Made by a program: the position numbers and the translations under genes. The notes beneath the pieces were generated by a model that ran no database searches, had not been told where the DNA came from, and saw nothing but the letters and a program-made list of their open reading frames with translations. Shown piece by piece: positions 1 to 6,750 of a DNA stretch of 36,666 nucleotides. The DNA lies in IMG/VR virus record IMGVR_UViG_3300005077_000057, positions 1-36,666 of that record. One strand, written 5' to 3'. The first letter of the stretch is position 1, and every line of letters starts with the position of its first letter. The DNA is from a virus.

Positions 1-99
1 TATCTATATCTATATCTATATCTTTGTTATCGGGTATAGATAGGGTATGTATAGGGTATATCTTTTTTAGTATTTTGGCTGGAATTAGCGATTTTTCCT
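1..99. repeat. Terminal overlap, copy 1 of 2. Identical to 36568..36666, indicating a circular or terminally redundant contig.
   Basis: Base-by-base comparison: tatctatatctatatctatatctttgttatcgggtatagatagggtatgtatagggtatatcttttttagtattttggctggaattagcgatttttcct occurs at both ends in direct orientation. Confidence 0.95.
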
Positions 100-409
100 T
101 ATTCATCGCAATTTCCAATTTTTCACCTTTGTATCGCTGGTTTTTAGTAAAGTTTTTTATAAATACCCACCCATCAAAATAATATACTCTGCCAGCGTCT
201 TGAAATCTTTTAAGTATTTTACAAATCATTTCCTTGTCAAACCCTGTATCAAAAGCTATACGGCGATAACTTATTTCATACACCCCTATTAAATTAGTGA
301 GTGGATTAGAGAGAAAATATAAAAATAATAATTTCTCACTTGGGTCAAGCTCTTGAATAAAGCTATCATCCCAAAACTTTGTATTGATATAACGATAATT
401 TTCTTTCAT
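1..409 (-). CDS. Replisome organizer / DnaD-like replication initiator, N-terminal part. The gene crosses the junction and continues at 36314..36567.
   Basis: ATG at 409 is ATGA-coupled to the upstream small ORF. Hand translation MKENYRYINTKFWDDSFIQELDPSEKLLFLYFLSNPLTNLIGVYEISYRRIAFDTGFDKEMICKILKRFQDAGRVYYFDGWVFIKNF... fits the winged-helix N-domain pattern of phage replisome organizers. The frame runs off base 1 and, through the overlap, is in frame with ORF 36314..36514. Confidence 0.6.
   Translation of the reverse strand, partial: MKENYRYINTKFWDDSFIQELDPSEKLLFLYFLSNPLTNLIGVYEISYRRIAFDTGFDKEMICKILKRFQDAGRVYYFDGWVFIKNFTKNQRYKGEKLEIAMNKEKSLIPAKILKKIYPIHTLSIPDNKDIDIDID
32..64. repeat. Three direct GGGTAT-core repeats at exact 11-bp spacing; candidate iterons / origin of replication.
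   Basis: GGGTATAGATA / GGGTATGTATA / GGGTATATCTT start at 32, 43 and 54. They are flanked by (CTATAT)n and (CTTTAT)n AT-rich microrepeats and lie inside the linker of the replisome organizer gene. The same sequence is also present at 36599..36631. Confidence 0.45.
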
Positions 410-534
410 AGGATAATAATTAAAAAAACCGAGAGGTTCAGTAAGTGCCAACACCCCATTACAGGTGCTACGGGTTGTTTACCGTATCTTACCGAACCTT
501 TCGGTTCTTTGAATTGCGTAATGGTTTTAGGCAT
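406..534 (-). CDS. Small hypothetical protein (42 aa), first ORF after the early promoter.
   Basis: Hand-translated MPKTITQFKEPKGSVRYGKQPVAPVMGCWHLLNLSVFLIIIL. Its TGA overlaps the ATG of the replisome organizer (ATGA at 406-409). Too short for the ORF track. Confidence 0.3.
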   Translation of the reverse strand: MPKTITQFKEPKGSVRYGKQPVAPVMGCWHLLNLSVFLIIIL

Positions 535-553
535 ATAATTTAATTACCCTTTC

Positions 554-582
554 ATTGTATCCTATTAAATGGCTTTTGTCAA
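554..582 (-). promoter_or_regulatory. Sigma70-type promoter for the early/replication operon.
   Basis: Minus strand reads TTGACA (582-577), a 17-nt spacer, then TACAAT (559-554). It sits directly downstream of the late-operon terminator and 20 nt upstream of the ATG at 534. Confidence 0.65.
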
Positions 583-585
583 TAC

Positions 586-611
586 CAAAAAACCCCCGTA
601 AATACGAGGGT
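586..611 (-). terminator. Rho-independent terminator closing the late/lysis operon.
   Basis: Minus strand reads CCCUCGU-AUUU-ACGGGGG (7-bp stem with one G-U pair) followed by UUUUUU. It lies about 20 nt after the stop of the holin-like gene. Confidence 0.75.
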
Positions 612-630
612 TTAGAGAGTTATCCACAAT

Positions 631-828
631 TTATTTACCGGAGAAAAACTTTACACCAGCGTTCAGTAATACCGATACCAGCGTGGCGATTAAAAGCGTC
701 TGCGGTCCAAAATCCATATTAGGAAGCACGGTCAAGAGATAGGCGCATATCGCACCACCTCCGGCAAAACCAGCACCCTTTAAGATTTTAAGCCCATCTA
801 CCTTGTTGAGAGTCAATTTTTTACTCAT
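631..828 (-). CDS. Holin-like small membrane protein.
   Basis: 65 aa with two hydrophobic segments (GAGFAGGGAICAYLLTVL; LLIATLVSVLLNAGV). ATGA-coupled to the M23 peptidase gene and the last gene before the terminator. Confidence 0.55.
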   Translation of the reverse strand: MSKKLTLNKVDGLKILKGAGFAGGGAICAYLLTVLPNMDFGPQTLLIATLVSVLLNAGVKFFSGK

Positions 829-1460
829 AGGTATTGTTTAGGAATTAAAGCATCTACTTGATTTCTTGATATTTGATTTCCATTATAATAAAACTTTCGG
901 CTGAATATGTTTGAGCCATTTTGATATACATAATCGTCTATCAGATATGGCATCGGGTCTACCGCGCCGGCATAGCCATTGTTGGTCTTGGCTTTGTATG
1001 TGCCGTCTTTTTGTTTCCACAAGATATACATACCAAAGTGTAAGTGCGGACCGGAAGTAAAGCCACCAGTATTGTCGGATACACCTATTAGCTGCCCTTT
1101 TTGGACCAGCGTGCCAATATCGTGCTTACAGGACTTCAAGTGAAAATATACGGTCTGAACCTTACATTTTTTGTCGTCAATTTCAACTTCTTGCGATTCT
1201 AACTTTACATATCTGCCAGCCGTGTCGGATTGTTTGTTTTTGTCCGAGACAACAATTCCCTCGTGAGAAGCGACCACCCAAGCGTGGCCTTTATCGCAAT
1301 GAATAGTCCGGAAATCAAGCCCATTGTGTGCATCAAGACCGAGCAACTTATAATCCATCAGGTTTTCGCCAAACATTTGCGTTAGATAAATCAAACCCCT
1401 GTCCGTGCCGTAGTCCTTTGGCTTTATCGGGCTTTGAAGCGTGAAGTTATTTTGTCCCAT
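825..1460 (-). CDS. M23/LytM-family peptidoglycan endopeptidase (probable endolysin).
   Basis: HNGLDF (HxxxD) and GVSDNTGGFTSGPHLHFGMY (HxH) motifs, in a lysis-cassette context. Confidence 0.85.
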   Translation of the reverse strand: MGQNNFTLQSPIKPKDYGTDRGLIYLTQMFGENLMDYKLLGLDAHNGLDFRTIHCDKGHAWVVASHEGIVVSDKNKQSDTAGRYVKLESQEVEIDDKKCKVQTVYFHLKSCKHDIGTLVQKGQLIGVSDNTGGFTSGPHLHFGMYILWKQKDGTYKAKTNNGYAGAVDPMPYLIDDYVYQNGSNIFSRKFYYNGNQISRNQVDALIPKQYL

Positions 1461-1596
1461 AGGCGAAAATTATTAAGAATATGAGTAAAGTTATTAACAG
1501 CAATAGGTTCAGATAGAGGCCGGCTCTTTTAGCGTCTTTGGCACGCCTCAATTCAAGTTCTCTTCTTTTAACTATCTTGCGAAAATGATTAACCAT
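1447..1596 (-). CDS. Small basic protein with a C-terminal TM segment (49 aa); possible lysis accessory.
   Basis: Hand-translated MVNHFRKIVKRRELELRRAKDAKRAGLYLNLLLLITLLIFLIIFAYGTK. It overlaps both neighbours by a few codons. Not in the ORF track (<60 aa). Confidence 0.3.
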   Translation of the reverse strand: MVNHFRKIVKRRELELRRAKDAKRAGLYLNLLLLITLLIFLIIFAYGTK

Positions 1597-1891
1597 ATTT
1601 GATAAAGTTATCGGGGCTTACCGCCTTATCATCAACATAAAAATCTGCCCATAGCTTATTGTTGTTAAGCGAATGATATTTGACTCCATGTTTTTTGAGC
1701 CAATATCTTGTGGCAGGAATTACTGAATCACCCCGACAAGTGTATAAAATTATAACATTCCTTTTATAATAAAGAGCGTTTATTTTATCTATGAGTTTTT
1801 TATTTGGTTTAGCCCGAAGAACTTGCTTATCAGTCCAAGCATTGCTCTTGGTAATTGTGCCGTCTATGTCCACAGCGTATATTTTTCTCAT
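1589..1891 (-). CDS. HAD-superfamily phosphatase-like protein.
   Basis: N-terminal DxDGT motif (IYAVDIDGTIT), a later TCRG motif and a YVDDKA acidic motif. Small capless HAD architecture. Confidence 0.7.
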   Translation of the reverse strand: MRKIYAVDIDGTITKSNAWTDKQVLRAKPNKKLIDKINALYYKRNVIILYTCRGDSVIPATRYWLKKHGVKYHSLNNNKLWADFYVDDKAVSPDNFIKYG

Positions 1892-1944
1892 AGTTTATTG
1901 TTAGAATTGGCAGTTTTAGAATGGTCTGCCAACCATTGTGAGGG

Positions 1945-2106
1945 CTACGCCTCATCAAGAAGTGAGAGCAGGCAAGAGATGCAGATTTCCATAGCGACCA
2001 TTTCGCCGTTGGGCATCTTGAAAACAATCCGCAGAAATTGGCTCAACCCAGTGCATTTTCTGCACACGCCAAGCGTCTTTTCAATTCTCACCAGTGCCAG
2101 TTTCAC
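1945..2106 (-). CDS. Zinc-ribbon protein (53 aa; CxxC...CxxC).
   Basis: GTG start at 2106 overlaps the TGA of the upstream gene (GTGA), with an AAGGGAG Shine-Dalgarno upstream. Contains CRKC ... CISC. Confidence 0.5.
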   Translation of the reverse strand: MKLALVRIEKTLGVCRKCTGLSQFLRIVFKMPNGEMVAMEICISCLLSLLDEA

Positions 2107-2363
2107 GGCAAACTCCCTTTCCCGAAAAGAACTTTCCCGCCGCAGTTTCGGCAAGTGAACTCCCAGTGGTCTCTGAACTCATCAATAAAGTGCTTGCCTT
2201 CACGCCCGCAGATGAAGCAATACAATTCCATAGAAAGCAAGTCCTCCTTTGGATAATATCTGCGAAAGCAATTAGGGCAAACATCTTGCACAATATGGTT
2301 GAGCAGAAACCGAGAGCCGCGCTCGCCGATTTTCCTTCGGCAAAAACAGCATTCTACTTTCAC
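2103..2363 (-). CDS. Double zinc-ribbon protein (86 aa; four CxxC pairs).
   Basis: GTG start at 2363 in a GTGA overlap with the upstream stop, with an AGGAGA Shine-Dalgarno upstream. Contains CCFC, CPNC, CFIC and CRNC. Confidence 0.55.
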   Translation of the reverse strand: MKVECCFCRRKIGERGSRFLLNHIVQDVCPNCFRRYYPKEDLLSMELYCFICGREGKHFIDEFRDHWEFTCRNCGGKVLFGKGSLP

Positions 2364-2548
2364 GGCCGTCTCTCCTGAACAATGCGACCGCAACGGATAC
2401 ACGCCCAAACACTGGCCACCACTTTGCCGTTCTTGATGTAGTTGCCGTGTTCGTGCATCATCTTTGCTCCGCATTTGGCACAGAACTTTTTGACCATCTC
2501 ATAAAAAATGGTCAGTTCGTCATCGTCTGCTCGGAGTGTCCTCTCCAT
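2360..2548 (-). CDS. Zinc-ribbon protein (62 aa).
   Basis: ATG at 2548 is preceded by AAAGGAGGG plus 4 nt. Translation MERTLRADDDELTIFYEMVKKFCAKCG...ACIRCG. The longer track ORF (to 2611) lacks a ribosome-binding site. Confidence 0.6.
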   Translation of the reverse strand: MERTLRADDDELTIFYEMVKKFCAKCGAKMMHEHGNYIKNGKVVASVWACIRCGRIVQERRP

Positions 2549-2702
2549 TGTCCCTCCTTTCAAACTTGAAACCGCAACCAGAACAAACGAACACCGCTCG
2601 TTCCACCTCACCCTCCCAGTAGTAAAGTGTGACCTTGAAAGTTTGCCGTTTCTTGCACTTCCAACAGAACATCAGTCGGTGCGTGTAGAGAATAGAAGTC
2701 AT
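2520..2702 (-). CDS. Zinc-ribbon protein (60 aa).
   Basis: ATG at 2702 is preceded by GAGGTG plus 4 nt. Contains CWKC ... CSGC. The track start at 2714 is a TTG codon. Confidence 0.55.
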   Translation of the reverse strand: MTSILYTHRLMFCWKCKKRQTFKVTLYYWEGEVERAVFVCSGCGFKFERRDNGEDTPSRR

Positions 2703-2710
2703 TTTACACC

Positions 2711-3514
2711 TCAATAGTAGGCGATGTATTCGGACTTGATGGACTTGATGGTGTGGAAGCGGTCATCTGCCACTTCCAGCTCCACAATCCACCCGCCGAC
2801 TGTGTTGGGAAGGCCGTAGCGAACCGAGAGGTCGTTGGGCTTTTGGAAACAGCCCGGCAGGAAAGCGTGAATGTTGCGATAAAATATCTGGAGAGTGGCG
2901 TGGTAGTGGCCCAAGATGTAAATCTGGGGCTTCTGACCAGCGCCGATTTTCTCCAAATACTTCTGCAACTTATAAGAAAGAGCGTAAGAAGTTCCACCGC
3001 CTCCGTGATGGAGTCCGATTTTCACCCCGTTGAGAATGACCGTAGCGTCATAATCGCCGAGATAAATCATATCCTTGCGGAGTTTGGACAAGGCCGACCC
3101 GAAGTTTGCGCCGGAGTCCGTCTTGTAAGAAAGGCAGTGATTGCCATTGATGAAATATGTCTTACCCTTGAACTTCGGGTAATTTTCTCTGACATATTCC
3201 AACTGGTCATCAAACCCGAACACCGTCAAGTCATTCACCTGTCCGGCGTAAATCCTGCCGGAACCGGCGACAATATCCCCAGCGTTCACGACTTCCTTGA
3301 TGCCCTCCTTCTCGCACCGTTTGTAGAAGTCGTGCAGTTCGGAAAGAGCGCACGATTTGTCGCACAAGTGGGTATCCGAAACGATGCCGAACTTGTATCG
3401 TGCTGTCTTTCTTGGCTCTTTGACCCTCACTTTGACCGCTTTGGGCTGGAGCAACCGCTCCAAGTCCTTCGCCGTCAAGCCCTTGCTTTTCAGCAACTCT
3501 TGGAGCTTGTCCAC
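2711..3514 (-). CDS. Calcineurin-like metallophosphoesterase.
   Basis: Ordered motifs VSDTHL (DxH), NAGDIV (GD), INGNHC (GNH), GLHHGGG and ILGHYH (GHxH). GTG start with a GAGGAGG Shine-Dalgarno 6 nt upstream. Confidence 0.85.
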   Translation of the reverse strand: MDKLQELLKSKGLTAKDLERLLQPKAVKVRVKEPRKTARYKFGIVSDTHLCDKSCALSELHDFYKRCEKEGIKEVVNAGDIVAGSGRIYAGQVNDLTVFGFDDQLEYVRENYPKFKGKTYFINGNHCLSYKTDSGANFGSALSKLRKDMIYLGDYDATVILNGVKIGLHHGGGGTSYALSYKLQKYLEKIGAGQKPQIYILGHYHATLQIFYRNIHAFLPGCFQKPNDLSVRYGLPNTVGGWIVELEVADDRFHTIKSIKSEYIAYY

Positions 3515-3535
3515 AGAAACCTCCTCTTTTCGCTT

Positions 3536-3775
3536 TTATAGATTTTTTTCTATAAGCGAAATAATCAGCGATACCCCAACGGGGATAACCACTGATGTTA
3601 TTATTAAACCGAAAATCCAAAGAACTGTCTTCACTTGTATTTTCCATTTAACAAGTTCAGCAACAGTGCCGTTTGTGTGTTCGGCGTGTCTTTTGATTTC
3701 AGCGTGGTCTTCTTTGTTCTCTTTACGGAACAAATCAATCTCCCTGATAATAGATGAAACCTCCTCTTGAGACAT
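3536..3775 (-). CDS. Hypothetical tail-anchored membrane protein.
   Basis: 79 aa. Charged helical N-terminus and a long C-terminal hydrophobic stretch (VLWIFGLIITSVVIPVGVSLIISLI). Confidence 0.5.
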   Translation of the reverse strand: MSQEEVSSIIREIDLFRKENKEDHAEIKRHAEHTNGTVAELVKWKIQVKTVLWIFGLIITSVVIPVGVSLIISLIEKNL

Positions 3776-3805
3776 ATTTGGCTAAATTAAGATATTTTAT
3801 TGCTC

Positions 3806-3834
3806 TTGACAAGCTGGTTGAAATGTGATATGAT
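3806..3834 (+). promoter_or_regulatory. Consensus extended -10 sigma70 promoter on the plus strand.
   Basis: TTGACA (3806-3811), a 17-nt spacer, then TGaTATGAT (3826-3834). It points away from all other genes toward the small ORF at 3864. Confidence 0.6.
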
Positions 3835-3863
3835 ATGAATATCTAATAATTTAATTAAATTAT

Positions 3864-3992
3864 ATGAAAGGATGTATATCAATTATAGCAATAGCTGTCG
3901 GCGGTTTTATTATGTTCGGTGGTCCATTTTGTGTCATAATCGGGCTTTTTATTATACTGGCGAGTTTGGGCTATATAGAACACGGAACATAA
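3864..3992 (+). CDS. Small hydrophobic peptide (42 aa, two predicted TM segments); the only plausible plus-strand gene.
   Basis: Hand-translated MKGCISIIAIAVGGFIMFGGPFCVIIGLFIILASLGYIEHGT. The ATG is 30 nt downstream of the consensus promoter. Its stop is 8 nt from the convergent stop of the 913-aa gene. Confidence 0.4.
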   Translation: MKGCISIIAIAVGGFIMFGGPFCVIIGLFIILASLGYIEHGT

Positions 3993-3999
3993 AGCATAA

Positions 4000-6741
4000 T
4001 TATTTTTTATTTGCTTTTTTCCAGATGTCAGTTAGTTGGGATTTGGTTTTAATATTTTTGGCATCAAATATATTAACTACCTCAAAATCTTTTATACCAA
4101 CAAAACCTTTCTCTTTTAATATCTCTACTGCCATCGCATATTTCTTTCCTACCATCGCACCTTGTTTTTTTGCCAATTCTAACGCTTTTTCAAAATCATT
4201 AACATTTGCTAATTTCCCAGGAGCATAAGCCTCAACTACATTGCCATAAGAACTCGCCATTTCTTTAGCATTTACACTTATTTTAGGTAATGGATTGTCG
4301 GAATAAAAATAGATTCCCTTACCATAAACACCCGTATTCTCGGCATCCCTAAACTCATTAAAATCTGCTTTTGTCCCGTGATACAAAGGTTCTCCCTGTC
4401 CTTTTACAAACTCCTCCGCACTCTTATACTTCTTGGCTTCCGAAAGGAGGTCATCTGTTTTATCAATGACAGTTCGTTTATATTTTTGCAAATCAACCCA
4501 TTTTCCGTTTATTTTAATTTCTAACATTTCCGGTGGAATATTTTGCCCGGTAACATAAGTCCCCTCTCCGCCAGCCAACAAATCCACATCTAAATCTTTG
4601 GGTTTATAGCTTGTTTTAGTTCTCAACATCACATCGTTGTTGCCACCATAATATTTTGCCCCCTCTTCATTAGCAGAAAAAGACAGCTTATTGTTAGACG
4701 AAACTCCTTCAAACCGAGCTTTTTTACCGGTGACCAATCCTTCTTTTGCTATGCTTTCTAAATTATCTACCGGCGTTGTATGGTATAGATTTCTTGATTT
4801 TTTAGTTACCAAGTCATTCCGCTCTAATTTAATTCTTCTATTTAATTCTTTATAATACGGGCTTTCTAATTTTTCCACCAGATTTTTATAAGAACCCTCT
4901 TGCCACATTTTTTTAAGCTCTTCATTGTTCATCTTGCTCAATTCACCTGATTTACCAGCAATAGTTTTCTTTGAAACTTTATCAATCTTTATACCAGTTT
5001 TTGCTAATTCATCGGGGTTCATTGTGGTAACATCTTTTATTGACAGGCCCGCCGGAATATTTTTTGCTTTGGTTTCAAGTTTTTGGGCCATTTCATCTAT
5101 GGCTTGATTCAGCACAGCTAATTCTGCTTTGGTAAGTTTAATACCACGCTTCATTTTACTAGTAAGATTATTCAAAAATGGCTGTAAAGCTCTTTTAAGA
5201 AGCCCGTATTGGCGCAGAATTGCGATAGCAAGCTGTGGAGATGTAAGCACTTGACCTATTAAAGCGCCGACTAAACCACCGGCGGCAAAACCACCGCCAA
5301 CACCGATTAGTGTTCTCCCATAAGAACCGACTTTTTGTCCTTGTGCGTAACCTATGTCTTCAATAGCTCGTAATATCCTTAAATCTTCTTCAATATCTGG
5401 GATTATTTTCTTTAAGCGTTCTAAAACCGGCTGTCTCCCTTCCTTTGTAAGATTAGCTATTTTTGATAATGCGTTGTCTTTTAACTCACCGGTCAAGGGG
5501 TTCAGATATTCTTTCTTTATTTGCTTCAACATTTTAACTTCGGGAGCGTATTTAGCATCTAATTCAGCCAACCCTTTAATTTTAGGGCGAAAAAATTTAT
5601 TAAACTCTTCCCGGATAGTTTCTCCGACCAACTGCGAAGCTGATGATTTTCCCGATGCAACTTCATATTTTGCCATTTGTGCCAACGCCTCTCTTGTATT
5701 CAAAAACTCATCTGCCGTATAAATACCGCCAGTTCCATATTCTCTCATAAACTTCTCAATGGCAGTGGCATCAGATGTTGTAATTGGTTTTGAAGCCTTT
5801 GAAGTTATCACTTTTCCAGTATCATCTAGAAAAATCTTAAATCTATTTTCCAATATGTCTTTGAAAAAATTATCCGGCACTTCAACTTTTTGTGCCGATG
5901 TTCTTAATGTGTTATACCCAGTCCCAATATCAGACAAATCATCCAGTCTTTTGACAATTCCTTGATAGACACGAGAACCGATGGCCTCACGACTAACCGC
6001 CTTCATTTCAGATTGGGTAAAGGCTTTGGGGTTCAAGATTACTTCTTTAATAGTTTTTGGACTTAATCCTGTCGCTTGTGCAACAGCGAACTCCGTTGTC
6101 TTGGCGACACCAGTCCCAAGTTTTTTAGCACCCTTTAACGCCAATTCGCCACCTTCTTTAAGAGCTGGCTGCACTATATCTTTGGCAACAGAACCAGCCA
6201 CTTTTGCGCCTCTACCTATTGGAATAACCGAAGCGATATTTCCAGCGGCACGAATATTTGCTTGCGTTCTTGGACTTAATCCACCGTAAACATCCATTCC
6301 AGATTCAATAGTCTTGCCTATTGTTTGGCCAACAGGAGTTTTTGCTATCTCGCCAATTCCATATTTTGCCACCTCACCGATACCTTTTTCAATAAAATCT
6401 GGCGTTACAGCTTTTGCGCCTTCAAACAAAATATCCCCAGCCAACCCAATAGTTTCGCCAACTGTTTGCCCAACAGATTCTCCGAGAGTTTGCTCACCAG
6501 CAGACTGACGGGCATAACCCTGCGACAGGCTTTCAGCGCGCTTTCCAAAAGACTCTTTGATATTTTGAAAAAATCCCTTTTTTTCTGTTTGTGTAGTTTC
6601 GGGTGTCTTAAAAGAACCATCAAGAACTCTTTGGTATTCCGGATATTTTTCCATTGTCATACGCCCCAAATCAGCATCATTGATGCTGTCATATTGAGGA
6701 TATTTTTTTTTAACTGCTCTACCAAACTCTTCTATTGTCAT
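4000..6741 (-). CDS. Large virion-associated (internal/ejection-type) multidomain protein with a C-terminal tandem ADP-ribosyltransferase-like region.
   Basis: 913 aa. Contains a glycine-zipper TM-like segment (IGVGGGFAAGGLVGALIGQVL). C-terminal motifs are NLYHTTPVDNLESIAKEGL...LSFS...EGTYV and PLYHGTKADFNEF...GVYGKGIYFYSD...VVEAY (H-Y-E pattern). Located in the tail/internal-protein block. Confidence 0.55.
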   Translation of the reverse strand: MTIEEFGRAVKKKYPQYDSINDADLGRMTMEKYPEYQRVLDGSFKTPETTQTEKKGFFQNIKESFGKRAESLSQGYARQSAGEQTLGESVGQTVGETIGLAGDILFEGAKAVTPDFIEKGIGEVAKYGIGEIAKTPVGQTIGKTIESGMDVYGGLSPRTQANIRAAGNIASVIPIGRGAKVAGSVAKDIVQPALKEGGELALKGAKKLGTGVAKTTEFAVAQATGLSPKTIKEVILNPKAFTQSEMKAVSREAIGSRVYQGIVKRLDDLSDIGTGYNTLRTSAQKVEVPDNFFKDILENRFKIFLDDTGKVITSKASKPITTSDATAIEKFMREYGTGGIYTADEFLNTREALAQMAKYEVASGKSSASQLVGETIREEFNKFFRPKIKGLAELDAKYAPEVKMLKQIKKEYLNPLTGELKDNALSKIANLTKEGRQPVLERLKKIIPDIEEDLRILRAIEDIGYAQGQKVGSYGRTLIGVGGGFAAGGLVGALIGQVLTSPQLAIAILRQYGLLKRALQPFLNNLTSKMKRGIKLTKAELAVLNQAIDEMAQKLETKAKNIPAGLSIKDVTTMNPDELAKTGIKIDKVSKKTIAGKSGELSKMNNEELKKMWQEGSYKNLVEKLESPYYKELNRRIKLERNDLVTKKSRNLYHTTPVDNLESIAKEGLVTGKKARFEGVSSNNKLSFSANEEGAKYYGGNNDVMLRTKTSYKPKDLDVDLLAGGEGTYVTGQNIPPEMLEIKINGKWVDLQKYKRTVIDKTDDLLSEAKKYKSAEEFVKGQGEPLYHGTKADFNEFRDAENTGVYGKGIYFYSDNPLPKISVNAKEMASSYGNVVEAYAPGKLANVNDFEKALELAKKQGAMVGKKYAMAVEILKEKGFVGIKDFEVVNIFDAKNIKTKSQLTDIWKKANKK

Positions 6742-6750
6742 ATTTTAATA

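Noticed and set aside
1-99. Terminal repeats as transposon ends, or a CRISPR-like array formed from the tatcta/ctatat repeats.
   Set aside because: The two 99-nt copies are direct, not inverted, and joining them restores a reading frame, so this is assembly circularity. The 6-bp microrepeats have no spacers and no CRISPR-sized units, and they encode a D/I/K/E low-complexity linker.
353-538. Plus-strand 61-aa ORF at the left end.
   Set aside because: It lies antisense to the replisome organizer N-terminus and the small leader ORF. It has no promoter or ribosome-binding site and a low-complexity I/F-rich translation.
1823-3770. Numerous plus-strand and alternative-frame ORFs (1823..2158, 2038..2256, 2094..2378, 2508..2717, 2753..3541, 3357..3770, 2704..2997 -, 3231..3647 -).
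   Set aside because: These are shadow ORFs in the more G/C-rich island. The minus-strand frames with metallophosphoesterase motifs and CxxC pairs have Shine-Dalgarno sites and stop-start coupling. The others have neither motifs nor start contexts.
3872-4228. Plus-strand 118-aa ORF downstream of the plus-strand promoter.
   Set aside because: Most of it is antisense to the 3' end of the well-supported 913-aa gene. The alternative 42-aa frame starting at 3864 ends before that gene and encodes a coherent double-TM peptide.
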